A program made the position numbers and the translations under genes. From positions 620,001-684,000 of the forward strand of contig MCFH01000017.1 in NCBI GenBank assembly GCA_002104945.1: a stretch of 64,000 bases of DNA. The letters are read 5' to 3'. This document shows, one piece after another, positions 37,797-57,360 of the stretch (position 1 is its first letter; each line of letters begins with the position of its first letter). The stretch comes from Piromyces finnis finn. Taxonomy: Eukaryota; Fungi; Neocallimastigomycota. The notes beneath the pieces are model-generated. The model was given only the letters and a program-made list of their open reading frames with translations, searched no databases and was not told the origin of the DNA.

Positions 37797-37994
37797 TTAT
37801 ATAAAATTTTATATTTAATTAAAGTTTCAAAAAAAAAATTAAAATTTAATTATGTAGAATAAATTTTATTTTCCTTTTCATTTTATATTATTCACCTTTT
37901 TTTTTCTTGATATATTTTTGCGTATATATATAAAATTCATTGATTAGTTAGTTATGATATATTATATTATTTAATCAAAGCAACCATTGTTAAT

Positions 37995-39881
37995 ATGTCA
38001 ATACCGTTACCAGTAGCAGGAGGAAAAATTTCATTTTCAGATTGGCCAAAGAATAACCAAGATAATGAACAAAGACTAAGCAATAAAGAAAAAGTATTTA
38101 GTAGAATAAGTAATAAATATCAACCTTTTAAAAATAATTCAGAAAAAAATCATATTCAGGATCCTTTTAATATAGAAGAGGAAAATGTTGATAAAAGTAA
38201 TGAGTATGTTTCATCTTTTCTTTCAAAACTTCCAATACATAAAAATCAATCTCCAAAAAAGAATAAATCTAATAATGTGAATGGTATTTCATATGGAGAA
38301 TCATATTATAAAGGTGTTGATGGAAATTTATTATATGATGGACCACCTCATGTTACTTTAGATGAGTTAAGTTCCAGCCCTGAAAAACAACCTTTTTCAT
38401 CAAAATTGAAAACCATGTCTTTTTTACCAAATTTTAGTAACCAAGATAATAATTTGTTAAATTCTCCTATAAATAACAATAATTTGTATAACAATAATAA
38501 CAACAATGATAATAAAATAAATAGTCTTTTTGGAAATAAAATTCAATCTCAAATTAATAACAATAGTAATAGTATTAACAATAATAGCAATAATAATTCA
38601 ATATTTAATTCAACACCTTTAAATATTAACAAAAATCCCTTATATTCTTCACCTAATAGAAACCATATAGTAAATCCAGCAATAAGTAATGATATAAATA
38701 AAAATTTAAATTCAATAGTTATTTACGGTTACCCTACCTTTTTAGAAAATGACATTTTAAATCATTTTAAATCATATGGTGAAATTTCATCGTATGAATC
38801 ACTAAATGAAAATAATTGGATCATAATTACCTATAGAAATAGTTATAGTACAAAAAATGCAATGCAAAAAAATAAAAATCCATTTTTTTTTAAGAATAAT
38901 ATAATGGGAATTATGACCCATTATGATTATACACAGTTATTAAAATCTAATCAATATAATATTTCAAATAATTCAACAAATTCTATTTTCCAGAGTAATT
39001 CCACATTAGCTTTTCAAAGTACCAATCCTGTTCATAACAATAGCACTATTAATAATATAAATTCCAATTCAATATTTAATACTACTAATAATTCTATGTC
39101 CTTATGGAATAATAAAGCAATGAGTAGTACTTTAAATTTTACACCTTCTGAGAAAGAAAATAGTTTTAGTAACTCAATTGGTAACATTAATAATGAATCA
39201 AATATGAATGTAGATAATGATATTAGTATGAACAATCATTTTTCTAATTTAAGTACCAATTCTATTAATAGCACATTTAAAGTACATAATAGTAGTAATA
39301 ATTTATTTAAGAAGAATACCGTATTATTAAATCCACAAGAATCTATAAAAAAGAATAGTCAATTATCAAATGAATTATTAAATAGTAATAGTAATTCAAG
39401 TAATACCCATATTAATAATTTTGATATAAACCCAAAACCTAGCATATTTAGTAATAGTAACAATAATAATAACATTGGGAAACCACTTTTAAATAGTTCA
39501 TTTTCTCCTGGACGTAATACTACTGACAATAATGTAGCATCTAGTAGCACAAAACCAAAAGTATCTTTTGCTATGAATATAAATGATGAGACCATCCAAA
39601 ATAAAACTGTTTATAATAAAAATAATCCATTTATTAATTTGTTAAATGAAGAAAACAATGCTAAGATGAATGAAGAGAAAACAACGAATTTTAATAAACG
39701 ATCATCATTTTTCCACAACTCTCATCATTCTTCGTCATCATTAAATGAAGCTTCTTCATCAATTACAATTCCGAAAATCGGGTCTAACAAAATATCAAAG
39801 CCAAAACCTTCATCATCAATTGTTAAAGATAATAATCCAGGATTATTAGGAAAAATGGTAGAACTTGTATTTGGATGGTAG
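37995..39881 (+). CDS. NUP53: Nucleoporin Nup53/Nup35-like protein
   Basis: GPP motif, Nup35-type RRM (SIVIYGYP...HFKSYGEI...NWIIITY), C-terminal amphipathic helix ending LVFGW. Confidence 0.85.
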   Translation: MSIPLPVAGGKISFSDWPKNNQDNEQRLSNKEKVFSRISNKYQPFKNNSEKNHIQDPFNIEEENVDKSNEYVSSFLSKLPIHKNQSPKKNKSNNVNGISYGESYYKGVDGNLLYDGPPHVTLDELSSSPEKQPFSSKLKTMSFLPNFSNQDNNLLNSPINNNNLYNNNNNNDNKINSLFGNKIQSQINNNSNSINNNSNNNSIFNSTPLNINKNPLYSSPNRNHIVNPAISNDINKNLNSIVIYGYPTFLENDILNHFKSYGEISSYESLNENNWIIITYRNSYSTKNAMQKNKNPFFFKNNIMGIMTHYDYTQLLKSNQYNISNNSTNSIFQSNSTLAFQSTNPVHNNSTINNINSNSIFNTTNNSMSLWNNKAMSSTLNFTPSEKENSFSNSIGNINNESNMNVDNDISMNNHFSNLSTNSINSTFKVHNSSNNLFKKNTVLLNPQESIKKNSQLSNELLNSNSNSSNTHINNFDINPKPSIFSNSNNNNNIGKPLLNSSFSPGRNTTDNNVASSSTKPKVSFAMNINDETIQNKTVYNKNNPFINLLNEENNAKMNEEKTTNFNKRSSFFHNSHHSSSSLNEASSSITIPKIGSNKISKPKPSSSIVKDNNPGLLGKMVELVFGW

Positions 39882-39973
39882 GATGTAGAATGATGAAATA
39901 AAAAGGAATAATATCTTTTCAAGTAATAATTTTATATTATTTAATATAAGCTTTATTTGATTGTCAGAATTTA

Positions 39974-40040
<67 letters not shown>
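39974..40040. repeat. (AAT)n microsatellite
   Basis: Perfect run. Confidence 0.95.
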
Positions 40041-41242
40041 TACCTACCAGTAGAATAAAGATAATTTCTTTTTTTGTTGCTTTATATTTATATATATATA
40101 TTAATAGACATACTATTTAATATGAATATTTTAAATAGTTTAATGAATAGAATATACTATATAATATCATGTATTTAATTTTTTTTTTTAAAAAAAAATA
40201 TGCATTTAATCTATACATCATTTTATACATTATAATTTAATTTTTATAAATATTCTCTTAACTTATTAACCCATTAATATATCTATTATTATTATTTTAA
40301 AATGAAAAAGACACATAATTAAGCAAACTAATAATAAATAATAATAATAAATAATAATAAGAAGAATAAAAATTCAACGATGACCAAGTCTTTCTCTATC
40401 TTTTTTAATATTTCCATCCTTTAATATTAATACCTTTTGAAATTTTTTTTATATTATTTAAAGTTTAACACCATTTACTATGTTTTAATTTATTATTTAA
40501 TATAAAAAATATAAAAAATTTTTAAATGGGGAAAAGTGTTGGTGAGAATTTTAAAAAGCTCAACATTTTAAAAAAAAAAAAAAAGGTTTTTTAGTATAAT
40601 TGTAATATGAAAAAATAATAATAATAAAAGAACAAAATCAAAATACCGAATAAAATTATTTTAAGTGTATGTGTAATATTATCATTTTCTATTTTTTTTT
40701 TTTTTTTATAAATTTTTAAACATGAAAATAAAATATGGAATTATTTAAAGAAAGATAGTATAATAAAAATTTTTGGATAATTTCATTTTATCTCTTTAGA
40801 AATTACTTTTCCATCTTTATATTTAAAGCTATTGTATTTGTGTATATATATTTCTAAATAGCAATACTGTATATAATATAATTAACTATTTTATATATAT
40901 ATATATATTTCATTAGCCTCACAATTTTGTAAATAATAATTAATAATAAACTTTTTATTTTTAACAAACAAAAAAGAAAGAAAGAAAAGAAGAAAAAAAA
41001 GTTGACATAAATCATATCAAACAAACAATATTTAATATTCTTTTAAATTATCATTAAATTTGTTTTTTTTTTTTTTTAAAAAAAAAGAAGAGATAAAATA
41101 ATAATAATAATAATATCAATAATAATAATAATAATAATAATAAAATAAAAACCAAAATAAATTTCAAATTCCTTTCACCAACATATAACTCCTTCCCAAC
41201 TTCTTCAATAACATTATTAATACTAATAAGAGTAATATCGAA

Positions 41243-46888
<5,646 letters not shown>

Positions 46889-47578
46889 AAAAACGAAATA
46901 AAAAATCAAAATAAAAACTTTAAAAATAAATAAAAAATTAAAAATAAAAAAGTTAAAAAAATAATGAACAAAATAAATAATAAAATTATCCTTGTGTTTT
47001 GAAAGCTTTTTTTTTTTTAAATCATTCCTCAAAGTGTCTATTATTATTACCACTATCTTTTTTTAAATATTTTTTTCTTTAAAAAAAAAAAAGAATTACC
47101 AACAGAATTAAAATATTACTTTACATCAAGGACAATCAACTCTTTATAGAAAATGGAAAAAAAAAAAAAAAAAAAAAAATAGTATTAATATTATCAAATA
47201 GCATTAATATTATCTATTATTCATTTATAAATTATAAATTTATTTATGACATTAATTCCTTTTTTTTTTTTTTTTTTGTTTTTTTTTGTTTTATATATAT
47301 ATATACTTTTAGTAATATATAAAATTAAAAATTATAAATATAACATAATATTACTAAGAAAAAATAAAACTAAATATATTATTTTAAGGGAAAAAAAAAA
47401 AAAAAAAGAAACAAAAATAATTAAATATCGAATTTCAAATTATTTCAATTATTTTTTTTTTTTAAACTTTCTTCTTTTATATTATTTTGATTTTCGTTTT
47501 TCAATGTTGATTGAACGTATAAAATAAAAAAAGTCTATGGGTGTTATATGTACTATAATGTAATATACACTTATGAAA

Positions 47579-49299
47579 TTACATATCATAACGTTGATTT
47601 GGACTTCTTTGATAATTATTATTTATATAGTTATTATCATTAGATGGTCTTCTATAATATTTATTTGCTGGACTTTTTGGTGATGGAGAACCTCTTTGAC
47701 CACCATCTATAAGTATTTTTTTTTAAAAAAAAAAAGTTAATTTATCGTTTTCAATTTATTTTTAATTCTACGCTGTATTTTATTTTAATGTAAAATTAAA
47801 ATTTATAAAAAAAAAAAAGATTTTTTAAAAACTTACTTCTTGAAGAGTTACTATTATTTCTAATATTTACACCTCTTTGACCTTGACTACGAATTTGAGG
47901 ACTATTAGTATATGAATTAGTGGAAGCACCAGAATTTGAATGTAATAAAGGTTTTGTTGAATAAGCTGAGCTTACACTAGAAGAATCAGAATATAATGCG
48001 TTTTGTGGTTTTTGTGGTTTTTCTACAACCATCAACTTATTCTTTGGTATATAACCTTCTTTTCCAGTATCAATATTATAGCAAAGTGACCATCCATCTT
48101 CAAATGATTTTATCATTTTTACTAAATTACCAATATCTACAACTAATTCATCATTTCTTTGTGGTGTAAATTTACGTACAATTCTAAAGGTTTTGAATTT
48201 TTCATATTCATCTGGAATATTTGATTTAAATGAAGGTGATTTTGGAATTTGGTTATTATTCATATTCTTTTCTAACATTTTTGAATAACTTTGTTGTTCT
48301 TCAAATGTAATTGAGTTGATACGTTTTGGTTCTGCTGGAGCAGATAAGAAATCTGAATTATTGTTCTTATTATTATAAGAATCTTCTTCATCGATACCTT
48401 TAGCATTCCAATTATTGTAATTTGTTAGAGGAGTTGTTTTCATTGAAGAATTAGAACCAAATGGATCATTATTAATTAATCTATCCTTTGAATCACTGTT
48501 ACTTAATCCCATGAATGGTTCTGAAATATTTTTCATTTCCTTGTCATTTGAGAATCTCTTATAGTCATTGTCATCATCATCACCTCTTCTTGAGAAGACG
48601 ACAAGACCAATAATACCTAAAATAATAATAAGAGCACCAGATCCTATACCAATGATAACCCATTTATTTCCGAAAAAACTTGGACCTCCTAATTTATATA
48701 ATTTAACAATAAAACAATTATTATATATATATATACATATACATTCATTTAATATTATATTTTTTCACATGAAAAATAAAGATTTTTATAACAATTTTAA
48801 TTATTATTTTAAATACATTTTTAAACTATTGTTCTATTATTGTTCTTTTTTTAATACTACTATATATTTTATGATAATTACCTTCAGAATTATTTTTAGT
48901 TTCAAAAGTGTATTTTGCTAATGGAGCTTGTTTTCCATTATAATAATTTATTAAATCATCAGGACTAGTTTTTATTACTTCTTTATCGTATTTTTGAGTG
49001 TCAGGTAAAGTACATTTACCACCAGGGTAACGTACCTTTTGTACTACATATGTACCTTGTAATATACTTAGTGGCGCTGCTGCTGAAGGATAAATTAATT
49101 GACCAGAAGCATCTTGTACTGTAATAACTATTTTGGTACAATCTTCAGCTAATGCAATTTTTTTACCCTTTAAATCTTGACTTGGATTGAAATAGTATAC
49201 TTTTCCAGTTTCATCAAAGTCTTTTTTATACACATTTGTATCTGCATATATTTTACTTATGATAGTTGCTAATATCCAAACTAAATATAAACACTTCAT
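47579..49299 (-). CDS. Type I membrane protein with signal peptide, TM helix and cytoplasmic SH3 domain (3 exons)
   Basis: MKCLYLVWILATIISKIYA; WVIIGIGSGALIIILGIIGLVVF; SH3 FTPQRNDELVVDIGNLVKMIKSFEDGWSLC...EGYIPKN; last exon ends QRYDM-stop. Confidence 0.85.
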
Positions 49300-51010
49300 T
49301 TTTATTTTTGTATATTATTTTTTAATTATTGATTTTCTATTTTTATTTTATTCTTTTAAAAGTTTTCTTTTCTTTTTGTTATAATATTATAAACAATTAT
49401 ATATTTAAAATTATTAGTATTCTTATTTTGTTAAATAAATTACTTTTTTAAAAAAACATTAGTATTATTATTTTGATAAAAAAGATATTTATATTTTTAT
49501 AAAAAATTTTTATTTTCATTAGATTTATTTATCATAATATTATATTTTTTATTAAAACAACTTTATTTCAGTGTTTCATTTGTATTATTTATTGTATTTT
49601 AATAACTTTTCATAATCAAGATTAAAATTTAATATTGTCATTTTAAAATGTTTTGAAAATTTTAAAAACCTTTATATACTTTGTTTTACTATATATTATA
49701 CTTTTTTTTAATAATACTCTATTGGACTTTATGTTTTTTTTTTTATAAACACTATTTTCTTTAAACATATCATACCAAATTAATTTTTAAATATACCTAC
49801 ATTTAATTTAATACCATAAAAAATTTCAATTTTTATTATTATTATTATTATTATTAAATAATAGTAATGAATTTTACTTCAATTGCAATCCAAAATTCTC
49901 TTCTATTTTAACATTAATTTAAAATAGTTGAGTTAATGGTAACTTTTTTTTTTTTTAATTAATATTTTCTTTTTCTTTTTTAATTTAAAAAAAAAAGAAT
50001 GTTTTGATGAAATAAAATTTCAAAAAATAAAAAAAGAAAATAAAAATTAAAAGTATTAATATTAAAAGTAAAAAAAAAAAAAAAGTTTCAAAATTATATT
50101 AAATAAACTTTATTAATAAATAAACACATATTAATTTAAAATATATTAATAATATATTATTTCTAACCATTGATTAAAACATTTAATATAACTTTAAATA
50201 TAATAAATTACGAATTAGCATTAATGCTAGTTTATTTTTTTCTTTTTATAAATAAAATTAGTAATCAATTAAAAATGATGATTATTTAAAACTTTAATAC
50301 CAAGTCAATAATACTAATAACATTAACTTTTTTTTAATAATCAATAGAAATGAATGGCTAAAAAAAATAAAAATTATAGTTTTATAAAATAGTCTTTAAT
50401 TACTTTTCCTTTATTAGGCCTCATCGTCAAAAAAAAAAAAAAATTAATATTATTATTATTATTCATGATTAAAAATTAATAATTTAAATATATTAATTCA
50501 TGACATTAATATATGATAGCAATACTAATAATATATTGGCATATAACATTAAATATATTTGAATTATTATATAATTATATAATATAAATAAATAAATATA
50601 AAACTATAATGATATTAAAGCATTATATAAAAATGTATTGGTTAATATATCAAATTAATTTATTGATATAATAATATTATTATTAATTATAATCCTTAAT
50701 ATAAAATAGTAATTATATATTAATTTAATTAAAAATTATATATAAATAAACTTTATTAATTTTTAATTTATTTTATTAAATTTTTTAAAAATTTAATTAT
50801 TAAAGTTTATTAAAATTAAATTTATTTTAGTCTCACGAAAGGTGTGGAATTTTTATTATAAAAAAATAATTAAAAAAGGAATAATAAAAGAAATAATATT
50901 TGAATATATTATTTATATATAATATAAAAACTATGATGAATAGATAATTAAATATAATAATAATATATAAATCTACCTAATACTTTTATTATTATTCTAA
51001 TGATTAGTAT

Positions 51011-51326
51011 GTATTAGTATTAGTATTAGTATTAGTATTAGTATTAGTATTAGTATTAGTATTAGTATTAGTATTAGTATTAGTATTAGTATTAGTATTA
51101 GTATTAGTATTAGTATTAGTATTAGTATTAGTATTAGTATTAGTATTAGTATTAGTATTAGTATTAGTATTAGTATTAGTATTAGTATTAGTATTAGTAT
51201 TAGTATTAGTATTAGTATTAGTATTAGTATTAGTATTAGTATTAGTATTAGTATTAGTATTAGTATTAGTATTAGTATTAGTATTAGTATTAGTATTAGT
51301 ATTAGTATTAGTATTAGTATTAGTAT

Positions 51327-51364
<38 letters not shown>

Positions 51365-51371
51365 TTAGTAC
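51011..51371. repeat. (GTATTA)n array changing to (AGT)n
   Basis: About 50 perfect hexamers. Confidence 0.95.
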
Positions 51372-53007
51372 TAAAAATTTTTTATTAGTATTCTTGATAA
51401 GTAAAACTCTTTCTCTGTTGCTGGTTGCTGCTATGATGCTGTGTTACAGTTGCTATTTAAAAAAGAATTATATATAAATAGTAAATAACGAATCTAAATT
51501 TTTATTAAGCTTTCGGATAAATCACCAATTAAATATTTATTATAAAAATAGAATTGCTTTTTAAAAATAGTATAAGGAATTAAAAAAATGATTTGTTTTT
51601 TATTTCAAGTATTTAAAGATACTTTTTTATACTCCTCTAACGCATCTCTACTTTTTTTTAATGCACATCCAAAATATTTATATGATTTAGTAAAGGTTCT
51701 TATTATTTTTGAGGGCCGGTTTTCGGACCCTCAGAAATAATAACTACTAAATCTTGTAGGTTTTATTATCTAAATGGCCTTTACAGCATGGCTACAAAAA
51801 AAGGCATCGTGGTAATTTTTTTTTGCTATTTTTTTTTAAAGCCAAGTTTTTTTTTATATTAAAAAATGCGGTAATTAGAGACAAAATATTATTAATATAT
51901 TATAAATATATTATCCGATTATATAATATATATGTAATATATATTATCAATTTAATTTAATTTAATTTTATTGTTGAATTTTGATCATAATTTTTAAATT
52001 GAAACTTTACACAATTGATGATGAAACAAATAATTATCTATGATCGGGATATATGGCATAGTAAATTATATAGAATATTTATTCTATTTTTTAAACTTTT
52101 TTAAAAACTTTAAATATAGTACTTTGTGGCTTTATTTCTATTTAAAAAATAATCCTTATTCTTATTATTTAAAAAAATTATTTTTTTTTTAAAAATAGAT
52201 CCATAACTCTATTCATTTTTTTTTCTTTTTATTAGCACATATCCACACCTTTACCAGAAGCAAATTCAAATAAATAGAATAATAGAAATCTTACTTTTTT
52301 TTTTTTTTTTAAAAAAAAGGACACTTTTCTTACTATCGTGATAAATATGCGTTGTTTTTCTACTATTAATAAAATCGTAAGATTATAAAAAGTTTAAAAA
52401 AATTTGACCAATAATATTTCCATTATTGAATTTATTTCATATATTAAAATAAAATAGAAACAATAGAATAAAGTATAATTAATAATTGCTATTGTGAAAT
52501 AATAGCAATTAAAACTTTTTAATATTAAATATTAATAAATATTATTGATTATTAAAGAGGTGGTGTATAATTATTAGGGAATTATGGAATAGAGGTGTAT
52601 AAAATAACAGTATAATGAGAAAGTGTTATGACATTTCATTTTATCACTAAGGAACAACTTGCTTGCTCATTATAATTATAGCATTGTACAATCTATTTAT
52701 CTCTACCTATATACATTGTTGTATAACATAATATAATATTGTATACATTATAGTATCATCCAAAAATGGATACAAAATAATTTTAATTTAAAATGAAAAT
52801 TATGATTTTTTATAGGTTTTAAAAATAAATTAAAAAAAAGGAGGAATAGCCAATAAATGAAAAGAAAATGAAATGCCAATTTTTTTAAAATAGGATATAA
52901 TAGAAAAAAAAAACACGTTGATAAAAGAATTAAAATTTTATTTAATAATAAAAAATAAAAACTTTAAATTAATAAATTTATTGAATTCCTTATTTATTTA
53001 ATTAAAA

Positions 53008-53310
53008 ATGATGACACTGCAAGAATTAGAGACAAGTTGGAATGACTCTGAATACGAAAATGAAATTTATTATTTCCGCGAAAGAGAATGCAATCCTGGT
53101 AAGATTGCCTATATCTACATCAAAGATGAAGATAAAATTCATAAGCTTTCCATTCTAAAGGTAATATGCAGAAGCAACAACCCGGACGAATATGATTTAT
53201 TGTCTGAAGATTGCCTGTTTGACGGTGAAACAGAATTAAACGCAGATGCAAGCTGCGAATTCATCACAGACAAAGACTGCTATCTTGTCTGGTTCAAATA
53301 CGCAGACTAA
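53008..53310 (+). CDS. Small intronless acidic hypothetical protein (100 aa)
   Basis: Clean ORF, GC-richer than flanks, frequent C-ending codons. Confidence 0.6.
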   Translation: MMTLQELETSWNDSEYENEIYYFRERECNPGKIAYIYIKDEDKIHKLSILKVICRSNNPDEYDLLSEDCLFDGETELNADASCEFITDKDCYLVWFKYAD

Positions 53311-53719
53311 ACAAAAACAACACCTACTCTCATGCTAATTAATTAAGAACATTTTGATTTCTTGATACCAATAATTCGCATTGTGTTTTTAGGAAAAACC
53401 TAATCTGTTAGGGGTGTTTAAAATCAAAAATACCCTTCAGCAACTAGTAATTATTGGTAGATATTTCTTTTTGTTTAAAAATAGACATAACAATATGGTC
53501 GGATTCACTCAGCCGACCTTAATAAAGGTAATGGGATATTCAATTTTTAAGCAACTCTGTAAACGAATTAAATTGAAGTCTTTGGTTTCATATTACAATG
53601 AATATCAGCCCATATAATACTGAATTAAATAAATTAACTAATTTATTAAAAGTAGAATCCTTTTTAATTAAAGTACTATTTATTTAATCTATTATTTAAA
53701 TAATATTATTTTATCCATT

Positions 53720-53750
53720 CATTTATTTATTTATGTATTTATTTATGTAT

Positions 53751-53825
<75 letters not shown>

Positions 53826-53850
53826 TTCATTTATTCATTTATTGATTGAT
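53720..53850. repeat. (TTTA)n microsatellite with variants
   Basis: Tetranucleotide run. Confidence 0.9.
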
Positions 53851-56694
53851 TTGAGATAAATGTTTTCATAAAATGAAAATAGTATTCATTAAAAACAAAA
53901 ATTGAATTGATAAACTTTCCACTTTTTAACATTTTTTTTTAAATGACTTTATTGGTATTTTATTCATATTCATATTTATATTAGTAGTAATAAATAACTT
54001 GATTATAATTTTAAATGATTAATTATTGGTATTTTTTTTAATAAAAAAAAGAAAGAATTCGAGGGAAGGGATTTACTATAGTTATTTTACTCTTATCAAA
54101 AAAATATAATTACATTTTAAATAGTAAGGTTTCTGCCTATGAGAAAAATTTCTCAATAACAAATTTAAATTCTTTTTTAAAAAAAAATAGATTTATGATT
54201 TATAAAATCGAATTTTTCTTTTAAGATACAATTTACTAAATATTTAATAGTAATAATCCATTTTTTATTTTTATTTTTTTTTATTGAAGAAATAAACATA
54301 ATGTATTGTCTTATTAAATAGTATTTTTAATTTTTACTATTTAATAATACATTTCATTAATGCTAATTAGTCCATATTTTTCTCAATATCAAGTATAATA
54401 CAAAGTTTGTTAAACATATGGTAAATAAATTATTAGATAATGAAAATTAAAAGTTTATTTTAAATAATAATCATGAAAATAAGCTATTTTTAAGGCGTTT
54501 AAAAACACTAACGTTTTCTTACAAAATTTATTTACATATTTTGATTCCTGATATCTCTTTTATTCTCAATATTTTTATATTACAATAGTAAGAATTTATA
54601 TTTTTTCATATCATATAATAAATAGAGCAAGTTTCTAGGCTGTTTTTAATATGATCATTAGTGTTTTCATGAAAAATATTATTCTTTTTATAAGAGACAA
54701 GTAAATTATTAAATTTTTCATTTGTTGCTTATATCTAAAATTAACACCTAAAAAATATGATGATATAAAATTCTTGATTACAAAAATAAGGAATATATAT
54801 TTCATTTTCTTTATATTCTATAAATCTTTGGATAAATTTATAACATAGTGAATGTGTTACATGTATTATAAAAACGGGTGTATTACTATATATTCGAGGC
54901 AATGTAACAAAAAATTTTTTTGTCATCTCAAAATTGTATTATCAAATTATGAATTATAATAATAATTTGGATCTTCCATTAATTCTTTAAACCTCAAATT
55001 TTACATAATTAGGATCTTTTAAAGAAATTTTTTTTTAATTCTATCATTATCACAAAGAAAGAACTAAATAATAATACAATAAGATGGATTCATAGAAATT
55101 CTCATAAAACTTTACAAAACCCGTTATATTCTAAAGTTGAAATTTCATTAATTTTCAAATGTTTATTATTAGGTTTACTATTTGGATCTTTTTCAACTTT
55201 ATTCCCCTTTTCATTCTTTTTTTATTTTCATAAAAAAATAAAGATATTTTCATTCTATCAAAGTCATAAAACTTATTTCTTCTTCTTCTTCTTCTTCTTC
55301 TTCTTCTATAGCATAGTCAATTAAATTTATCATCACCATTATCTCTATTGATAGAATCATTATCATTATTGCTTAAACTTTTTTTTCTGCTTAATAAAAA
55401 TTAAAAGTTATTATTAAAAGATATAATAAAGCCTCTTTCTTTATGAAAACTCATGATTTTTATGTATATATAATTTATTAACTATTTTGGTATAAAAGTT
55501 AATTTATATAAAATTTCTATTTCTACATTTTATTATACATGGGGATAATATTCATTAAAATAATATATGATATATGTATTTTTAGGTGGAAATATTTGTT
55601 TAAAACAGATTAAAAGGTCATTAGAAATTATTTTTTTTTTTTAAAAAAAAAAAAAGATAATATTTATAAAAACAAATATATATATTTGTTTTAAAACATT
55701 TCTGATTGTCAGCATTTTTCCATAATTTAGTTTTCATCCTGCACCATTAATTGGCATCAGTTTTTCCACAGTAACTATATTTACTACAACATTTGTTTAC
55801 TTTGACATTTGTAAATACAATTAGAAAAATTTTCACATTTTATCATTAGATAGTATGGTTGGAATTGAATGTTATTTTTTTTTTTTTTTTGTGTGTGTGT
55901 GTGTGTTCTAACACTTTTAGTATAAAGCGTTTTCAAGTAACTTTAATGAAGAAAGAAAAACTTTAAAAAGAAAAAAAATTAATTAAAAAAGATATAATTA
56001 AATAATATTTTATACAAAAGAAAAGGATTTTAAAGAAGATTCCAAAAAATAAAAATTAAATCATTATAAGAATTTTGTTTTTTTTTAAAGTTTTTTGGTT
56101 GTTATTTTAATAAGAAAAGAAAAGTTAAGTAGTAAAGAAAACTTTTATTTTAATATTTACAAATTAAAAAAAAAAAAAAGAATGATCTTTCCACACGTTT
56201 ATTAACATAACTAAAAAGTGAATTGTTTTAAAATATTTTAATTTTAGTGGATTTCCAATTTTAATGATTATTTTTTAATGATAATGAATAACCTTGGGAT
56301 ATGTTTTTATTTCTTTATAATGATTTATTTCAAATGTATAAAAAGTGGTATGCTTACTAAAAAAATATAAAAATTAAATATAATTACATATCTCATAAAA
56401 AAAAAAGCAATAATTAAATAATGAATTATATTTATATCTATAGATTATTAGTTATATATATATCTATATTATATATTATTGCATTAAAAAAAAAAAAGAA
56501 TAATATGAAAAACTTTGCTATTCCGTTAATTTTGATTTTGAATTTTAACTTAACTTTATTTCTATAACAACGTTTCTTCTTATCTCTTTAATGATTATTA
56601 AATAAAATAATAATTAAGAAGATTAATGTTTATTAATAGATAACACCATTATTTATTTTACATTTTCATTATTTATTATAAAGTATTATTACCG

Positions 56695-56914
56695 ATTACT
56701 ATTACTATTACTATTACTATTACTATTACTATTACTATTACTATTACTATTACTATTACTATTACTATTACTATTACTATTACTATTACTATTACTATTA
56801 CTATTACTATTACTATTACTATTACTATTACTATTACTATTACTATTACTATTACTATTACTATTACTATTACTATTACTATTACTATTACTATTACTAT
56901 TACTATTACTATTA
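56695..56914. repeat. (ATTACT)n array
   Basis: Perfect hexamer run bounded on both sides by ATTACCGATT. Confidence 0.95.
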
Positions 56915-57360
56915 CCGATTATTTTAATTAATTTAATATTTTTTTTTAAATTTTTTTTAATTATTGCCCTGTCCGTTCCATTTTTTTTTTAAATTATTAT
57001 TTTAAAAAAAAATTTTTTTTTTTTCATAATGGAAGATTGAAAAATTGAAATGATATTTAAAATTAAAAGTTGAATCTATTTTTTTTTTGAAAAAAAAAAA
57101 AAATAAAAGAAAAGAAACAAATATTCTATTATCAAATTTGTCAATGTTTAAAACAATTCAAGGAATAATAAAGATTTAATTTTAGTACCTTAAAAATTTA
57201 TTTATTTATCTATAGTAATAATAAATTGATTGAATCATTTTTTAAAGAATAAAATTAAATTCTATTATAAAGGAAGACCCATCAATTGAATAATTTTTAC
57301 AACGGAAATAATCATAAATCAAGATTTATATAAAATATCATTTTAAAATATTTTACAATA

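Noticed and set aside
51011-51371. Telomeric or CRISPR-like array
   Set aside because: Internal simple hexamer with no G-rich strand and no spacers
51775-51800. GGCCTTTAC resembling U5 loop I
   Set aside because: One U short, no supporting stem or Sm-site arrangement
54700-55400. Possible minus-strand gene remnant
   Set aside because: Many stops in all frames and no recognisable motif; too weak to call
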